DNA of 63,829 bases, filler included, from Bigelowiella natans CCMP2755 (Eukaryota > Protista > Cercozoa), in the NCBI GenBank assembly GCA_000320545.1. It is 7 parts of 7 records of this genome, joined end to end, with 100 filler letters (N's around TTAATTAATTAA, not from the genome) between each part and the next. Parts side by side here need not be neighbours in the genome. Positions count along the whole stretch, not along the records: positions 5,922 to 23,223 come from ADNK01000297.1; positions 23,324 to 48,353 come from ADNK01002427.1; 5 more parts are not named here. One strand, given 5' to 3'. The position numbers were made by a program, and so were the translations under genes. Shown here one piece after another: positions 12,955 through 25,601 of the stretch. The notes under the pieces were generated by a model. The model was given only the letters and a program-made list of their open reading frames with translations. It did not search any database and was not told the origin of the DNA. Every line of letters begins with the position of its first letter. Position 1 is the first letter of the stretch.

Positions 12955-14665
12955 AGCGAAGCTCGTTGACATCAAGCCCAGCGACCACCCCTCGGACACT
13001 ATCTCGCGGCTCCCTCACCCCCTCCACCAAACGCACAGGTTAGCAAAAAGGCTAAAAATGCATCCTAAGCACGTTCAATCATCATTGTGAGGCACCGATT
13101 GCCCATGTACTGCATGAGTGACTGGTACGGCTTCTTGTCTTCATATATCTATAAAACACAAAAAATCCCTGCAAAACAGGACCCAAAATCTCAAAACCCA
13201 AGCCTGCGCTCAGCCGTCGGAAGAACTCCTTAACTCCGGGCTCTTTAAAGTCACCGCGAAGAGCGGTTAACTCGCTAAAACCGCCTTCGCCAAGGGCAGG
13301 TAGGGTATCGACCCCGCCCTCCATAGTCAAGAGAGGTTCAGAAAAGGCGCTTCTCAGAGGGAATCAGGGAGATCTAGCGATGAAACAGACCAAGGTGGGG
13401 ACGCATGATGTGATGTGGGATTTCTCTGCGAACGAATGTGCTCTCTTTGAACGTGTGGAATGCACTGTCTAATGCTACTACTATAATACAGCCGAGAGTT
13501 TGTATCAAAAAAGGCGTATTAGGGATTATGATTTGTGGGGTCTATGTTTGTGCGGGGTGTGCGCGACGCGCGCGCGCGCGGTTCTAAGTGAGCGCTTATG
13601 CGCGATCATAACCAACATCTTGATCTTCATCATTGTCACCAAATGCATATATCTATTGTATCAGAAACTATTAAAAGAGTGGCTGAAAAACAATGAACTG
13701 AAAGTTCCCTTCGAGCCAGTCGAGGGCAAGGTCGCAATATATTCATAGCAAAAAGAAGTTACAATATCGAGGACGACAATGCAAGAGTTTGAAAGGAGAA
13801 ATCTATTCCTGACCAACACACGCACACACGCACACTCATAACACACGCAAAATAATAGGTATATTCTAATATATTCTTGGCTGGGTGATTTTCATCAATA
13901 TTTTCCTTCAGGAAAACGAGATGGCTTTCGAATTCGGGACCAGGGAAGTCGTTCTCGTAGAGGAGAAAGGAAGGGTAGAATCAGAACTCCTTCCAACAAA
14001 AAATGCATGTAGATTTACATGATCTTGTACCAATTAGCCTAAATTAGCCCTTCTTTGCGGCCTTCTCTATGTATTCTTCTTGATTGTACATTTGCGTTTT
14101 AACACAGCTGAACGTAATAGTGGGTCTTACAACCATGAGTTGGGGTAATATTGTCACAGTATCATTCTTGACTTGAATCCTTTGTACCCATTTCCTTTCC
14201 TCCATTCTCTCTGTCGAGGCTCACTGTTTCTTACAACTACCCCTTTCTTTTACTCGAAGCTTTTTCCGCATATTCTTTTGGAATACTTGTGTAGACTTAT
14301 TCGTCCAGCGATTCGAAGGAGCAGAGTTACGAAAGGTGTGTCGTCTTCGTCCTCATCCATCTTCGACACAATTTGTTTGGACTGCCGGCGTCGAGCTGAT
14401 ATGTCAATTTGCATTTTTTGGTCAACCACATAAAAGCTTAAACGATCTGGTGCTAGTGGATCTGCTTCGTGAAATGGCCTGCAATCATCCAGAGTTTGCT
14501 TCGTCAGATATGAGCCATGACCGCGATCAATATTTTCGATGCGCCACTGAAGTCAAAAACAGCACAGCAATGTCCCCACACGTGTGGTTGAGGTTCATGT
14601 GCATGAAGAGAAACAATTTGGTGATTCGATCCGAAGCGTGTGTCTCTGTCTTGCTCCCTCGCTAG
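12955..14665 (+). CDS. Uncharacterised exon-like segments (separate gene or 3' extension of the PDZ gene)
   Basis: GT-AG-bounded pieces translate cleanly (KLLKEWLKNNELKVPFEPVEGK; ENEMAFEFGTREVVLVEEKGR; DLFVQRFEGAELRK), but I recognise no family. Confidence 0.3.
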
Positions 14666-14699
14666 CTCGACTGCCAATGTTGCGAGCTAGTCGTCGTCG

Positions 14700-15024
14700 T
14701 CGTTGCAATTGTCACGCAAGTTCACACAAATGGAAGCCCTCCCGCTCGCCCTTGACGTGCCGCACGAGCGATTGAGTGTTTGCCAATTTGTTCTTTGGCT
14801 AGCTTCTTTGTGTCGTCCTTCCTCTCGAAGATGACTACAAATTACTTGCTCAATCTTTTTTCATGCTGTGCACGTAGTGGGCAGCACTGCAGATGATTCG
14901 TGTCTTTGATTCTGTTGCACATGGCGCACGCTGCTAGCGTCTGATTCTGACATTTTGTTTGGCCTTGTAATGGTATGAAGCTACTGATGTTGCAAGCACC
15001 AGTGATGCAGCGCATCCAATTCAT
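14700..15024 (-). mobile_element. Possible decayed non-LTR retrotransposon ORF2 C-terminal fragment (CCHC region)
   Basis: CAMCNRIKDTNHLQCCPLRAQHE fits the CxxC...(E/D)TxxH...CP knuckle. With a frameshift in an A-run it continues KIEQVICSHLREEG, like the RHDxI..L...G segment of RLE-type elements. No RT is visible. Confidence 0.3.
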
Positions 15025-15482
15025 GGCGATGCTGTGCTACGCTGGGGGGTGTTCTTTCTCTTTTTCGGCTGTTGTTACGGGATCATCGAACGCCATCTTC
15101 CGCCTATGTTGGGCGGGTTGTCCCTCTCCTTCGCCCTCTTCGTCTAAGTGGTGTCCGAGGCCCGAAAGGCCGGGTTGTCCCTTGTGTGAGCTCATACTGG
15201 TTTCTAGGGAGCTGCGCATTGCGAGCACGAGCCTAACGACTGCGTCCGTGCTCCAGCCACGAATGATCCCAGCGCGACAGAGCAGCGATGAGCCGAGCAA
15301 AGAGCAAGGTTGTTTTTTGGGCATTTTCCCCCAAAAAAATCACCATGTAGTGCACACATGTACCCCTTTTTACCGAGGACGGAAACAGACTGAAGAACAC
15401 AGGAGATATCACGTGTGCGACAATGACAAAATGGCTCAAAAGTTAGATCTTAAAAATCGTTACCGCGTTCATTGCCCCTGAA

Positions 15483-16684
15483 ATGGTGTTGGGTATGGCA
15501 TGGGGGGCGTTTGTCCTCCTCCAGCTGGCGCATGAGCTACCAGCCTCCCTCGCGACTCCAACCAGTATTTATCAAACCTCTTCCGGCCCAGTGCGAGGCG
15601 TCTTGGAGAAAAAACGTACGTCCAATTTCACTTAATGGCCACATTCGAGACGGCTATTTTGGTATCCGAAATGCATTGATCGATCATCGCATATGAACAG
15701 TTGGACTAGCACAGCCAGTGGAGACTTTCCGTGGAATTCCCTTTGCTGAGCCACCAACAGGGCAGAACCGATTCCGCGCGCCGCAGGTATTTGAGGAATC
15801 GTGTCGATGGCACACTTCCAGCGACGATGTTAGGAATCAATGATGTCGATCTTGCATGCAGTTTGCTTGTGGGGCGGTGGGGTGATTTGTAGCAGCATAA
15901 ATTTACTTCGCTTTAATCATCTCGGCTGCTTCGTATTTTCGTTTGACTTTGTTCCCCGCCAAAAGCTCTATTTCTTACAATTGCGCTTTGTGTGTTAGGC
16001 TAAGCAGCCATGGACGGACGTGCTAGAGGCTGATAAATATGGTGATGCGCGTGTGTGTACGAGGCCCGAATGAAGCAATGAAATAAACACAAACATATTG
16101 TTGTACTCAAATTCGCACGTCGTCGTTGTATTTGTTCTCTCTTATAGGCTCGGCTTGTCCCCAGCTCCAAGCGACAGGCCCTCTCATGTGATAATAAGAT
16201 CTAAAGCACGCCCCTCCCATCCACGCACACGCACACACACACACACACACGTGCGCGCGCGCGCGCATGTAAATGCACACATACACGAATCTCTCATTAA
16301 CATGTATGCGTGGGTTGCTGTCGTTGTGTTTCTTCTTCTTCTTCTTCTGCAAATTCAAAACAAAATACGACGAAAAGGTTTGGGAAGGAAGACTGCCTGT
16401 ACCTGAACGTCTACAAGCCATCCGGAAATGCTGCTGCTGCTGCGGTGCAGCCAGAAGGAGGCTACCCCATCATGTTCTGGATCTACGGGGGCGGATATGC
16501 GATCGGGGATGGGTGGGAGTTCGGGTAGGCATTCCTGCTTGGATTGATTATTTGGTGGCGATTATTCATTTCATAGTCGCCATCAACTGAGAAAGAGCTG
16601 TTAGTAAGGAGTTCGAGGGCTGAGTGCTAGTTGGGGCAAGCTTAGCGGCCTGGCCCTTCGTGCATTCTGCTGTGAAAAATATGA

Positions 16685-16732
<48 letters not shown>

Positions 16733-17315
16733 CGTGTGTGTAAGTTACTATGTTCGTGCGTGTGTGTTTACGCGTAACAATTATCGCGGGAAGTAGTTAT
16801 TATTATGATCACCGTCATCATCATCATCTTCTTCTTCTTCTTCCTCCCTCTCAGCCTCTACGAGGGCACCAAAATGGCTGCCACCCACAACGTAATGATG
16901 ATAATACTACCGACGAAGGGAGTGCTGCTGTGCTAATCACGCCATCCACGCTACTACTGCGACTACTACTAGCCCAACAACATACTCATATTCATTCATG
17001 ATTCAGGTGATTGTCGTGACGCATAACTACCGCCTTGGCGCTCTAGGGTAAGTTCCTCCGTATCGTCGTTTAAGGAGCACGCTTTAGCCATGCACAAACA
17101 ACACGCGGGTACCGCAACGAAAAGGAAGGAGGAAAGAGACCCATATCGCCATAACAACATGAAATATGATAGAATTAAAGCACTTTAGTAGCCCACGGAA
17201 GGGTTGTGCTCTCCCCTCCATCCCCCCCACACACGTCGTGGCCAAAATCAATATTAATACGTATATCAATGTCTATTTCGAAACACTCGCTACTCACTCA
17301 CCCACTCACTTATAT

Positions 17316-17353
<38 letters not shown>

Positions 17354-17853
17354 GCAGCTTTATGGCCCTAGATGAGCTTAAAGAGGAAGACCCGAACAAC
17401 TCCACTGGTAGCATGATTTGTACGTTGTCGTCGTCGTGGAAGTAGCAAGAGGAGGAGGAGGAGGAGGAGGAGAAGAAGAAGCGACGATTATAGCTCTAAA
17501 TAGCATCTATTAGAAAAGCTATATCACACAAACACAAACACACACTCAGCACACACACATATACACGCAAACACACATAAAATTTAATTATATATTTTGC
17601 AAATATAATACAATATGTGGCGGTGTATGTGCTCTCTTTGACATTTTGGTGAAAATCGACCATCCTCTTCTTCCTGCAAAACGTTCTTATGATACACACA
17701 CACTCTTCCATGCTGCATGCTTGCATTCAAGCATTCCTACTCACTCAATCGATCGATCGCTTCCCTTCAAACACCAGGCAATTTCGGCGTCCAGGATCAG
17801 CAAACGGCCTTGAAATGGGTCGTTCTCATGAAACAGAGAGGAAGGGGGGGGGG

Positions 17854-17888
<35 letters not shown>

Positions 17889-18242
17889 AGAGGTTGAGGG
17901 AAATAGAGCGCTTTGCTTTGAGGTGCTGTGATCTGTGATAGTGATGCAACTGAATGACGGAATAATGGCTATAATAACACGCACCAGATCCGTGCAAATG
18001 CGGCGACATTCGGAGGAAACCCCGATCGTATCACCATCGCTGGGGAGTCGGCGGGGGCCTTCTCTGTCATGTGGCACTTAGTTAGCCCTGGTAGCATGCA
18101 TACGCAAAGTAGATTATGGCGACAAGGATGATGATGACACCCCCTCCCCCCCACCCCTTTCCCAAAGCGGGCGTGATATTGAATATACAGGGTTGTATGA
18201 CCTGAGAGAGAGATAGAGAGAGACAGAGAGAGAGAGAGAGTA

Positions 18243-18281
<39 letters not shown>

Positions 18282-18733
18282 ATGTGTCTTCCATTGTGAC
18301 CCTTGTTGCACGCCATTGCATTATTCTCTCCTTTCTTTCTTTTTGCAGTATCTGCCGGCCTCTTCTCCGCCGCGATCATGGAATCTGGGACGAATAAGCT
18401 GTCATATTTCTTCCAACATGAAGACGATGCCAAAAGGTAGGTTATCACGCTTGTGCTTGTCATCCATCTTGAGGGGGGGGGGGGATGGCGGCGGTGTTAG
18501 TGTAGCAGCAAGTCGGTGGTTGGGTGCAGGGTATTGGTCATACCGACAATCGTAAAAACTACCACAACAAGCTAAAAACAACGACACCCCCCCCCATCCC
18601 CCCATACCACCGCGTAAAGCAGAAGATCTCTCCTCTCAATATCTAGCATCTCGTTAGGTACTATGAAGACCGAGCAGCTTCGTGGGGGTGCAGTAAAAAG
18701 AACAGGAACGGTCCGAAAGAAGGAAGATTCCTC

Positions 18734-18776
<43 letters not shown>

Positions 18777-18824
18777 TATCCTCTCCCCCCTTGCATTCAC
18801 ATATGCAATGAACACCATAAAATA

Positions 18825-18859
<35 letters not shown>

Positions 18860-19174
18860 CACAGGTGGTGACGATTTATTGAGTTGTCTCCGAAAGCTGC
18901 CAGCGGATGTGTTTCCGATCTCCTTACTCGAGTAGTAAATTGCGCTACTACACATTAGTTGTAGTAGTAGTAGTTGTTGTTGTTGTTGTTGCAGTAGCAG
19001 TAGTAGTAGCAGTAGTAGTAGTAGTATTGCGACTTGTGCTTGTCATGTGCGTATGCGTATGCGTATGCGTATGTGTGTGTGTGTATGTGTGTGTGTGTGT
19101 GATGTGTAGCAGCAACATGAATGCAAACACATGTGTGTGTCGTTTGTTAGTATGATAACTATTACATAATATTC

Positions 19175-19214
<40 letters not shown>

Positions 19215-19676
19215 GTTTGTGTGTGTGTGTGCGTGTGTGTAGGATGGGAGAAGACATGTACAGCCGCGACTCAAAGCTGCTTCCGATCCCAAAGAATGTT
19301 CCTTCCTGGGGATCTCCGTTATTCCCGGCAATGCCGAACGGACCCGTTATTGACGGCTCAAAGAACGGCCTTCTTGGGGTCGGTAGTCGTGCTTCTTGAC
19401 ACTTGCCAGTTGCTGCTGCTCCGATGTCCTCTTCTCCGCCGATGTTTCCTGTTGTTATGAAGACGAGTTCGTGCCATGCTTTTTGATCATCATCATTATC
19501 ATCATCATCATTATCGTTATCATCGTCATCATCATGTACTTTCCCACCGCCGCGCAGGTTCCCATAGAGCTCATCGAGAGCGGAAACTTCAATAAGGTAC
19601 TGCTGATGCTGCTTCTACTACTGCTCTCGCGGCGAACACAAACGAAAAGCGCGATATCATGCAGAACGATAAGTTC

Positions 19677-19718
<42 letters not shown>

Positions 19719-20839
19719 CAATGCTATTGCTCCGCCACCACCACCTCCCATCCCAGGTTCCAATAATGTACGGCGCGAACAGAGACGGGGGCAACATTGT
19801 AATAATAATAACAATAATAGTCATAATCTCGTTGCTTGATCGCTCTGTGCTTTCTCGCCAAAGCCTTCTCATACATTCACTTAGCACCCAATCTTCATTG
19901 CTGTGTGAACTTTTGTGTTCTCATCGGTCCTTGCCCCCCTCCCCCCCCCCCCCCCTCTTCCACACCTCATAGGTTCTGCAGTCGCTTAGCGTCTTAGCAG
20001 TGCCAGGAGCAACATTCCCAGCAGATAACGCTACTCTAGGCAAGGTTGCAGCCTGGATGCTTCAAAACGAGACCAAGCAGGAAGAAATATTTGCTTTGTA
20101 CGTGTTATGAGCAACCACGCCTCGTGCATGATGACTTCCGATGATGTGCCCAATTCACGGAGAAGATTGAGGAAGAGGAAAGGGGGGGGGCGGAGAGAGA
20201 GTGGGCGAGGTCGAAAAGGGGGGAATAACGAACAGACTGCAGTTGTCGTTTCAATTACTGTTGGGGATTTCACTTATATTCAAACCCACATTATCATCAT
20301 TCTATCACTTATATACAAACCCACATTATCATCATTCTATCACTTATACTCAAACCCACATTATCATCATTCAATCACTCATATTCAAACCCACGTTATT
20401 ATCATTCTATCGCCGACGATATTCAACGCCACAGGTGTGCACCATTGTCATCATCACCATCATCGTCGTCGTCATTATCATCTTCATCACCAAAACTCCT
20501 CCTCTAGGTACCCTTACAGCGAATACGCAAACACAACAATGGGGTTGATAAACAACGACCGAGTGGCCTACGCCCTGCGAGATCTGGTGTTCCAATGCCC
20601 GAATCGCCGTTTGGGCCGTGCATGGGCGCGCCAGCACAAGCTAGACACGTTCCTGTACGTCTTTTCCTTCGACCTGGGGACCCTGGACAAAAGCATTGGT
20701 GCAGGTGAGAGAGGGGGGAGGGTGTCTCTCGTGCTTGCGTGCGTGCATGTATGTGATAACACGGACGGTATTGTTCATAGGTTGCTCACAGACAGAGGCT
20801 ACCCACTAATACAGATATGCGCGCACACATACTCACACA

Positions 20840-20878
<39 letters not shown>

Positions 20879-21192
20879 TCTTCGTCTTTTTCCAGGCGAC
20901 TTCCACATCTCGGAGCTGCCGTTCGTATTCAAGACATGGGACCTCCCCGTGAAAGCGCTCGGAGTCAAAGACGCGCAGCAGATCTCCAACTCGATGTCGT
21001 GCCGTTGGGCACGATTCCTCTACTGCAAACATCCTAACAAGGAGTGCGACCAGAGTGACGAGGCGAAGGCGCTTACGGGTTGTGACAACAAGGTCTGCAT
21101 GCATTGATTCACTCATTCATTCATCATTAGCAATACGTCGGTTTCCAACTCATGATACCCCCCCCCCCACACACACACACACACATCCTATA

Positions 21193-21259
<67 letters not shown>

Positions 21260-21513
21260 GAAATTAGGGGACGAATGAGGCATATGGGCTGGATGTGCAC
21301 TGGCCGAAATTCGACGAGGGCGGTGACGGGTCGCCAGACATTTTCTTCTCCCTCAAGGCGCAGATGGAGAGCGTCAGCGTGCGCGACGACAACCGATTCC
21401 CCGACTACGAATTCCCGTCCAACCGTGTGTGTGACTTCTGGGACTCCATCGATCGTCTCCCATGGCACAACCTGAGAAAACATGACCAGAAGCCTGACTC
21501 TGGGAGACAATAA
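15483..21513 (+). CDS. Secreted type-B carboxylesterase/lipase (alpha/beta hydrolase), complete, many exons
   Basis: Signal-like [19 protein letters not shown], then [88 protein letters not shown] (nucleophile Ser), [12 protein letters not shown] (His) and CDFWD; stop at 21513. Confidence 0.95.
20270..20409. repeat. Intronic minisatellite, 35 bp x 4
   Basis: Unit tcacttatattcaaacccacattatcatcattcta, abutting copies with few substitutions. Confidence 0.9.
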
Positions 21514-22509
21514 CAACAAACCTTGGATGTCAGATCATTTCACCGCGGGCAATGATTTTCCCCACCGTGTCGTGCGTCCATCGCTTTGGTAGGCGTCCAA
21601 AACGATCACCTCCTTTCGGACAATTTGGACCTGCCGCTACATCTGCTGCTCTGCGATGTTGTGATGATGGAAACTCGAAACTGGTCAATCACTGTGCAGT
21701 GCATGCACACCCACAAGAAACAAGAATGTGAAGCAATTCAATGACGACGTGTCTGCTGTTCGCAATTCTATGCAGTGCATGAAGGAAACAAGCAGCTGCA
21801 GACGCAGTGCGTTGATGACAGTCCAATAGCACTGCCATCGATCACAGCACGTTGTGGCGCATCCACGCACAGAGCGATCCTTGTCGTACGCGATCTCATC
21901 TAGCCATGCTAGCATGCGGCCCGGCTAGCCGGCTTTGAGCTGAGACGCTCAATCCTTTGCTGGGCCGTCGCGGGCCACAATTAAGCCCCAACGTGTGAAC
22001 ATAGCACGCGCTGCACGCGCGTGGAAGCGAAGTTTTAAAAAGGTTCAATGAAGCCAATTTCAAATTGCTTGCACATGCGCATGCATGCACTAGTGCACGG
22101 AGAAGTAGATGCACAGAACTTCCACGAACAATGTGCTATGAACACAATTCAAACAGATTGACAAGTGACCTTTCGCGCATTATTGCATCCTAGGATCTGT
22201 GCGCGGCCTCGCTGTGCATTCATCACATGAAGTGCCTGCATGCTGCCTGCATGCATGCACGCATCGCGTGTTTTTCATCATCACGTGTGTGATGCGAGCT
22301 AGACGGATGCAATGAATTAATCAAATCTTTTCAATTGTCATCCTACTGTCTCACAGGTTTTAGACTTTACCATTAGTATAAAGATCGCTAGCTGCTGCCT
22401 GTGGCATGTAAGATTGTAAACATTTTATGCACACTGCCGCCGCTAGCACGCACGAATCAATAAGCATCGATCGATCGCATTGTAGCATATCTGACGCATG
22501 ATAACCACG

Positions 22510-23009
22510 CTACTCCCCCCACTCCCTAATGCGATAGCCAAGGATTTTGAACAGTCTTTCGTTGTGTGGGCTGTACACTTTTTCCAGCTGAGCACGAGCT
22601 TCGGGATCTATCCCTCCAGGCCTCACCCTCTCTGTTTTCTTCGTCGTTGTCGCTGTTGTTGTCGCCGTCGCTGACTCACTTCCCTTTGGAGAAGGTAAAA
22701 CCTCGCCCTTCCCCTCCCTCCCGTCAGCAGGCGCCTTTGTAGATGGGGGTACTGACACAGCCATTGACAGCGATGATGTCTCCTGATTGCATAGCACAAG
22801 TTGCTTAGTCGATGACGACCTCACACGACGACTATCAACACAGAGCACAGAACAGAGTTCGGGCGCTTTTTGTGGGATGCAGAGAGGAGAGGGGAGGAGA
22901 GCCGAAGTTGGTGAGAGAAAAGGGAAAGGTGACGGCAAAGAAGCTCAATTACCTTATCTGATACTGGAAGAGGAGATTTGTTCAGTTGCTTCGGATTTTT
23001 GCCTACGAC
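22510..23009 (-). CDS. C-terminus of a sulfotransferase (heparan 3-O/N-sulfotransferase-like), 5'-truncated
   Basis: The terminal IDPEARAQLEKVYSPHNERLFKILGYRIREW matches the L..FY.PHN..L..LLG...W ending of this family. An upstream exon 22953-23009 (VVGKNPKQLNKSPLPVSDK) has GT-AG borders. Confidence 0.55.
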
Positions 23010-23060
23010 CTAAACGCCCACCATGCACGCGCGCGCGCGCGCACACACACACACACACAC

Positions 23061-23101
<41 letters not shown>

Positions 23102-23323
23102 TATAATATGTTTATAATATTACATGAAATTGATGATAGCATAAGTCTAATCTTAGACTGACGTGGTACACACCACCCAACTCTATGGGATCGCCGTTTC
23201 GCTATTCATCCGGCTCCCCCCCGNNNNNNNNNNNNNNNNNNNNNNNNNNNNNNNNNNNNNNNNNNNNTTAATTAATTAANNNNNNNNNNNNNNNNNNNNN
23301 NNNNNNNNNNNNNNNNNNNNNNN

Positions 23324-23360
23324 TCGAAAGTGGATCTGATGTAAATGAACTTTCGAAAGG

Positions 23361-23397
<37 letters not shown>

Positions 23398-23692
23398 ACT
23401 CATATCTCTACCCACCCGATGTACTGCACTCTGAAGTAGGGTAGCTTTTAACTCCCTTTGGATAGATGAGGTCAAATGGGGGAAGAGGTTCGCACGCATA
23501 TTGCTTCTAAGCATCTCTGGAGTCACATCCACCCCACGGAGGACATCGAGCTTCTTCTTCTGAACGTGATTGAAGCACACCATTTCATATGCAAGAAGAA
23601 CCACAGCGCTCGCCTCCTTCTTGTGGATTTCATAAAGATGCATATAATTCTAAATGATACAATGAGTTTCAGACCTCATCGTCACCGGACAT
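23324..23692 (-). CDS. 5' part of an uncharacterised gene, head-to-head with rpL33
   Basis: ATG at 23692 (MSGDDE), a 25-nt GT-AG intron at 23650-23674, then NYMHLYEIHKKEASAVVLLAYEMVCFNH...QSAVHR in frame; runs into the contig edge. Confidence 0.6.
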
Positions 23693-23987
23693 GAGTAGCC
23701 GCGAGGGATGGATCGAAGGAGGGGGAGAGAACAGGGAGTTCGTTCGACCAAGCAGCAGCGATTCGACTTGCTACGTAAAGTTAGTCTAAACGCAAGGGAT
23801 TTTGATAGTGCGACATGAATAAAACTCCGTCTTATGGCACATAAACGCCCTCACTTGAGAGCGTGCCGACACCGCAAACCCCTGACCCCCTTACCTACTT
23901 TCACTCCGTTGTCGGTGGGGACACCCAACACCCTTGCTTCTCACGTGCCTTGACCTTTTTCTTTCCTATTTGTGTTTGAAAACAAAA

Positions 23988-24176
23988 ATGGGCAAGAAGA
24001 AGCTGAAGACGGTCCTAATCAAGTTGGCAAGCAGCGCGGGTACGGGCTTCTTCTACACAACAAGAAAGAACCCACAGAAAATTAAACACAAAATAGTCCT
24101 AAAGAAGTTCGATCCCATGGTCAATCGTCATGTACTATTTGAGGAAAGGAAGCTAAAGAGTGGAAAGAAGAGATGA
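23988..24176 (+). CDS. rpl33: Nucleus-encoded mitochondrial-type ribosomal protein L33 (bL33), intronless, 62 aa
   Basis: [55 protein letters not shown] carries the IKL.S.AGTG.FY and K(Y/F)DP.V..HVLF.E signatures. Confidence 0.93.
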   Translation: MGKKKLKTVLIKLASSAGTGFFYTTRKNPQKIKHKIVLKKFDPMVNRHVLFEERKLKSGKKR

Positions 24177-24430
24177 TTTTTCTTACGGCGGTTACTCCAC
24201 TTGGCAGTCAACTAGAATTACAACGTATTAGTTGAAATAAAGAAGAAAGAAGAAGAAGACATTTTTACTTCCTTGTGAAGCATGAGTCTCTATTTTTTGA
24301 AATTCATCAACCATGCAATGGATTATATCGAGCAAATAGAGATTTAACAGAATTAGTCTGAGACGTGCTACGTGGTCTTAACATAATGTTACTTCGCTCA
24401 AGATCAAAGATTCCAATAATCTCCATTATG

Positions 24431-24481
<51 letters not shown>

Positions 24482-25601
24482 GCATACAAGTGCACGATAA
24501 TACGCAACTACTATGTTTGAACTACGAAGAACTCGCATTGTTGCACATCGTAGCATTAATTTCTCGTTGATTGCTCTCAGTATTACTCGATCATGCTTCG
24601 CTGCTGCGCAAAACACGTCTGCTAGACGTGTAAAACAAACGTGCACGTTATTAACTTGCTTACGATAGCAAAGCCATCAGGGCATCCCTCGATGACTGTG
24701 ACGAAACAAAGAGTAATTATGAAAGGTTACACGATGACTTCGATCATTCATTTGCCACGCGATATAGCCTCTTGCGCTGATGGCAATATCTAAATCTAAT
24801 GCTACGTACACGGATAAACAGCTATTATAAGCTGAAAGTTGCAGCTACATGCATAGCTGCATGTGCCCACATGATGTGTCATCGCACTGCTGAACTATCA
24901 GAACTAGAGAACTATCTAACATGCGCATGTCGATCTAGCTAGCTAGAGTGATCCCGTGCATGACAGTTATAGGGTTACGACGGCATTGTGGCATGTAGAT
25001 GCTACGCAGGATGACGTTTGAACAAGTCTTAATTGATTAATTACATCCGTTTTGCACAATGCAGTCATAGCTGCATTGCACAGCGACATAAGAATGGCCA
25101 TTGAACAGATTTAATTGATTATTCACATCCATCTTACAATGCAGAATGCTAGAATTCGTAACGGCTAACACTAGTACATAATAGTGTGGCAATATACATA
25201 AGCCCTGTAGCCGCTGTCTTACTTGCACAGCTACATTAGGATGACTGAAAAGATTTAATCAATTCATTACATCCGTCTCACATATTTCTAGAGGGCTCCA
25301 TTGACAAAGTTTAAATTAATCATTGCATCTGTCTTATATATGTCTAAAGCATGTACATCTAGATTGAATTAGCTACATATGTGCACAATGGCGCTACATA
25401 ATGTCATCGTAGCGCAGTGCCTTACTGTGCACCATGTGCGTATGATCGATGCTGAACCTGCTCATAGTATTGCATTGCTGTACGTATTATATACTCATAT
25501 TTGATGAACTTGCCCGCAGTAAATGTGCATAGAAACGCTTTGCTGATGCAGATAACCTCAGAGCTTCTGCACTTAATGCCGCTGCTATTTCCCGACTTTT
25601 T

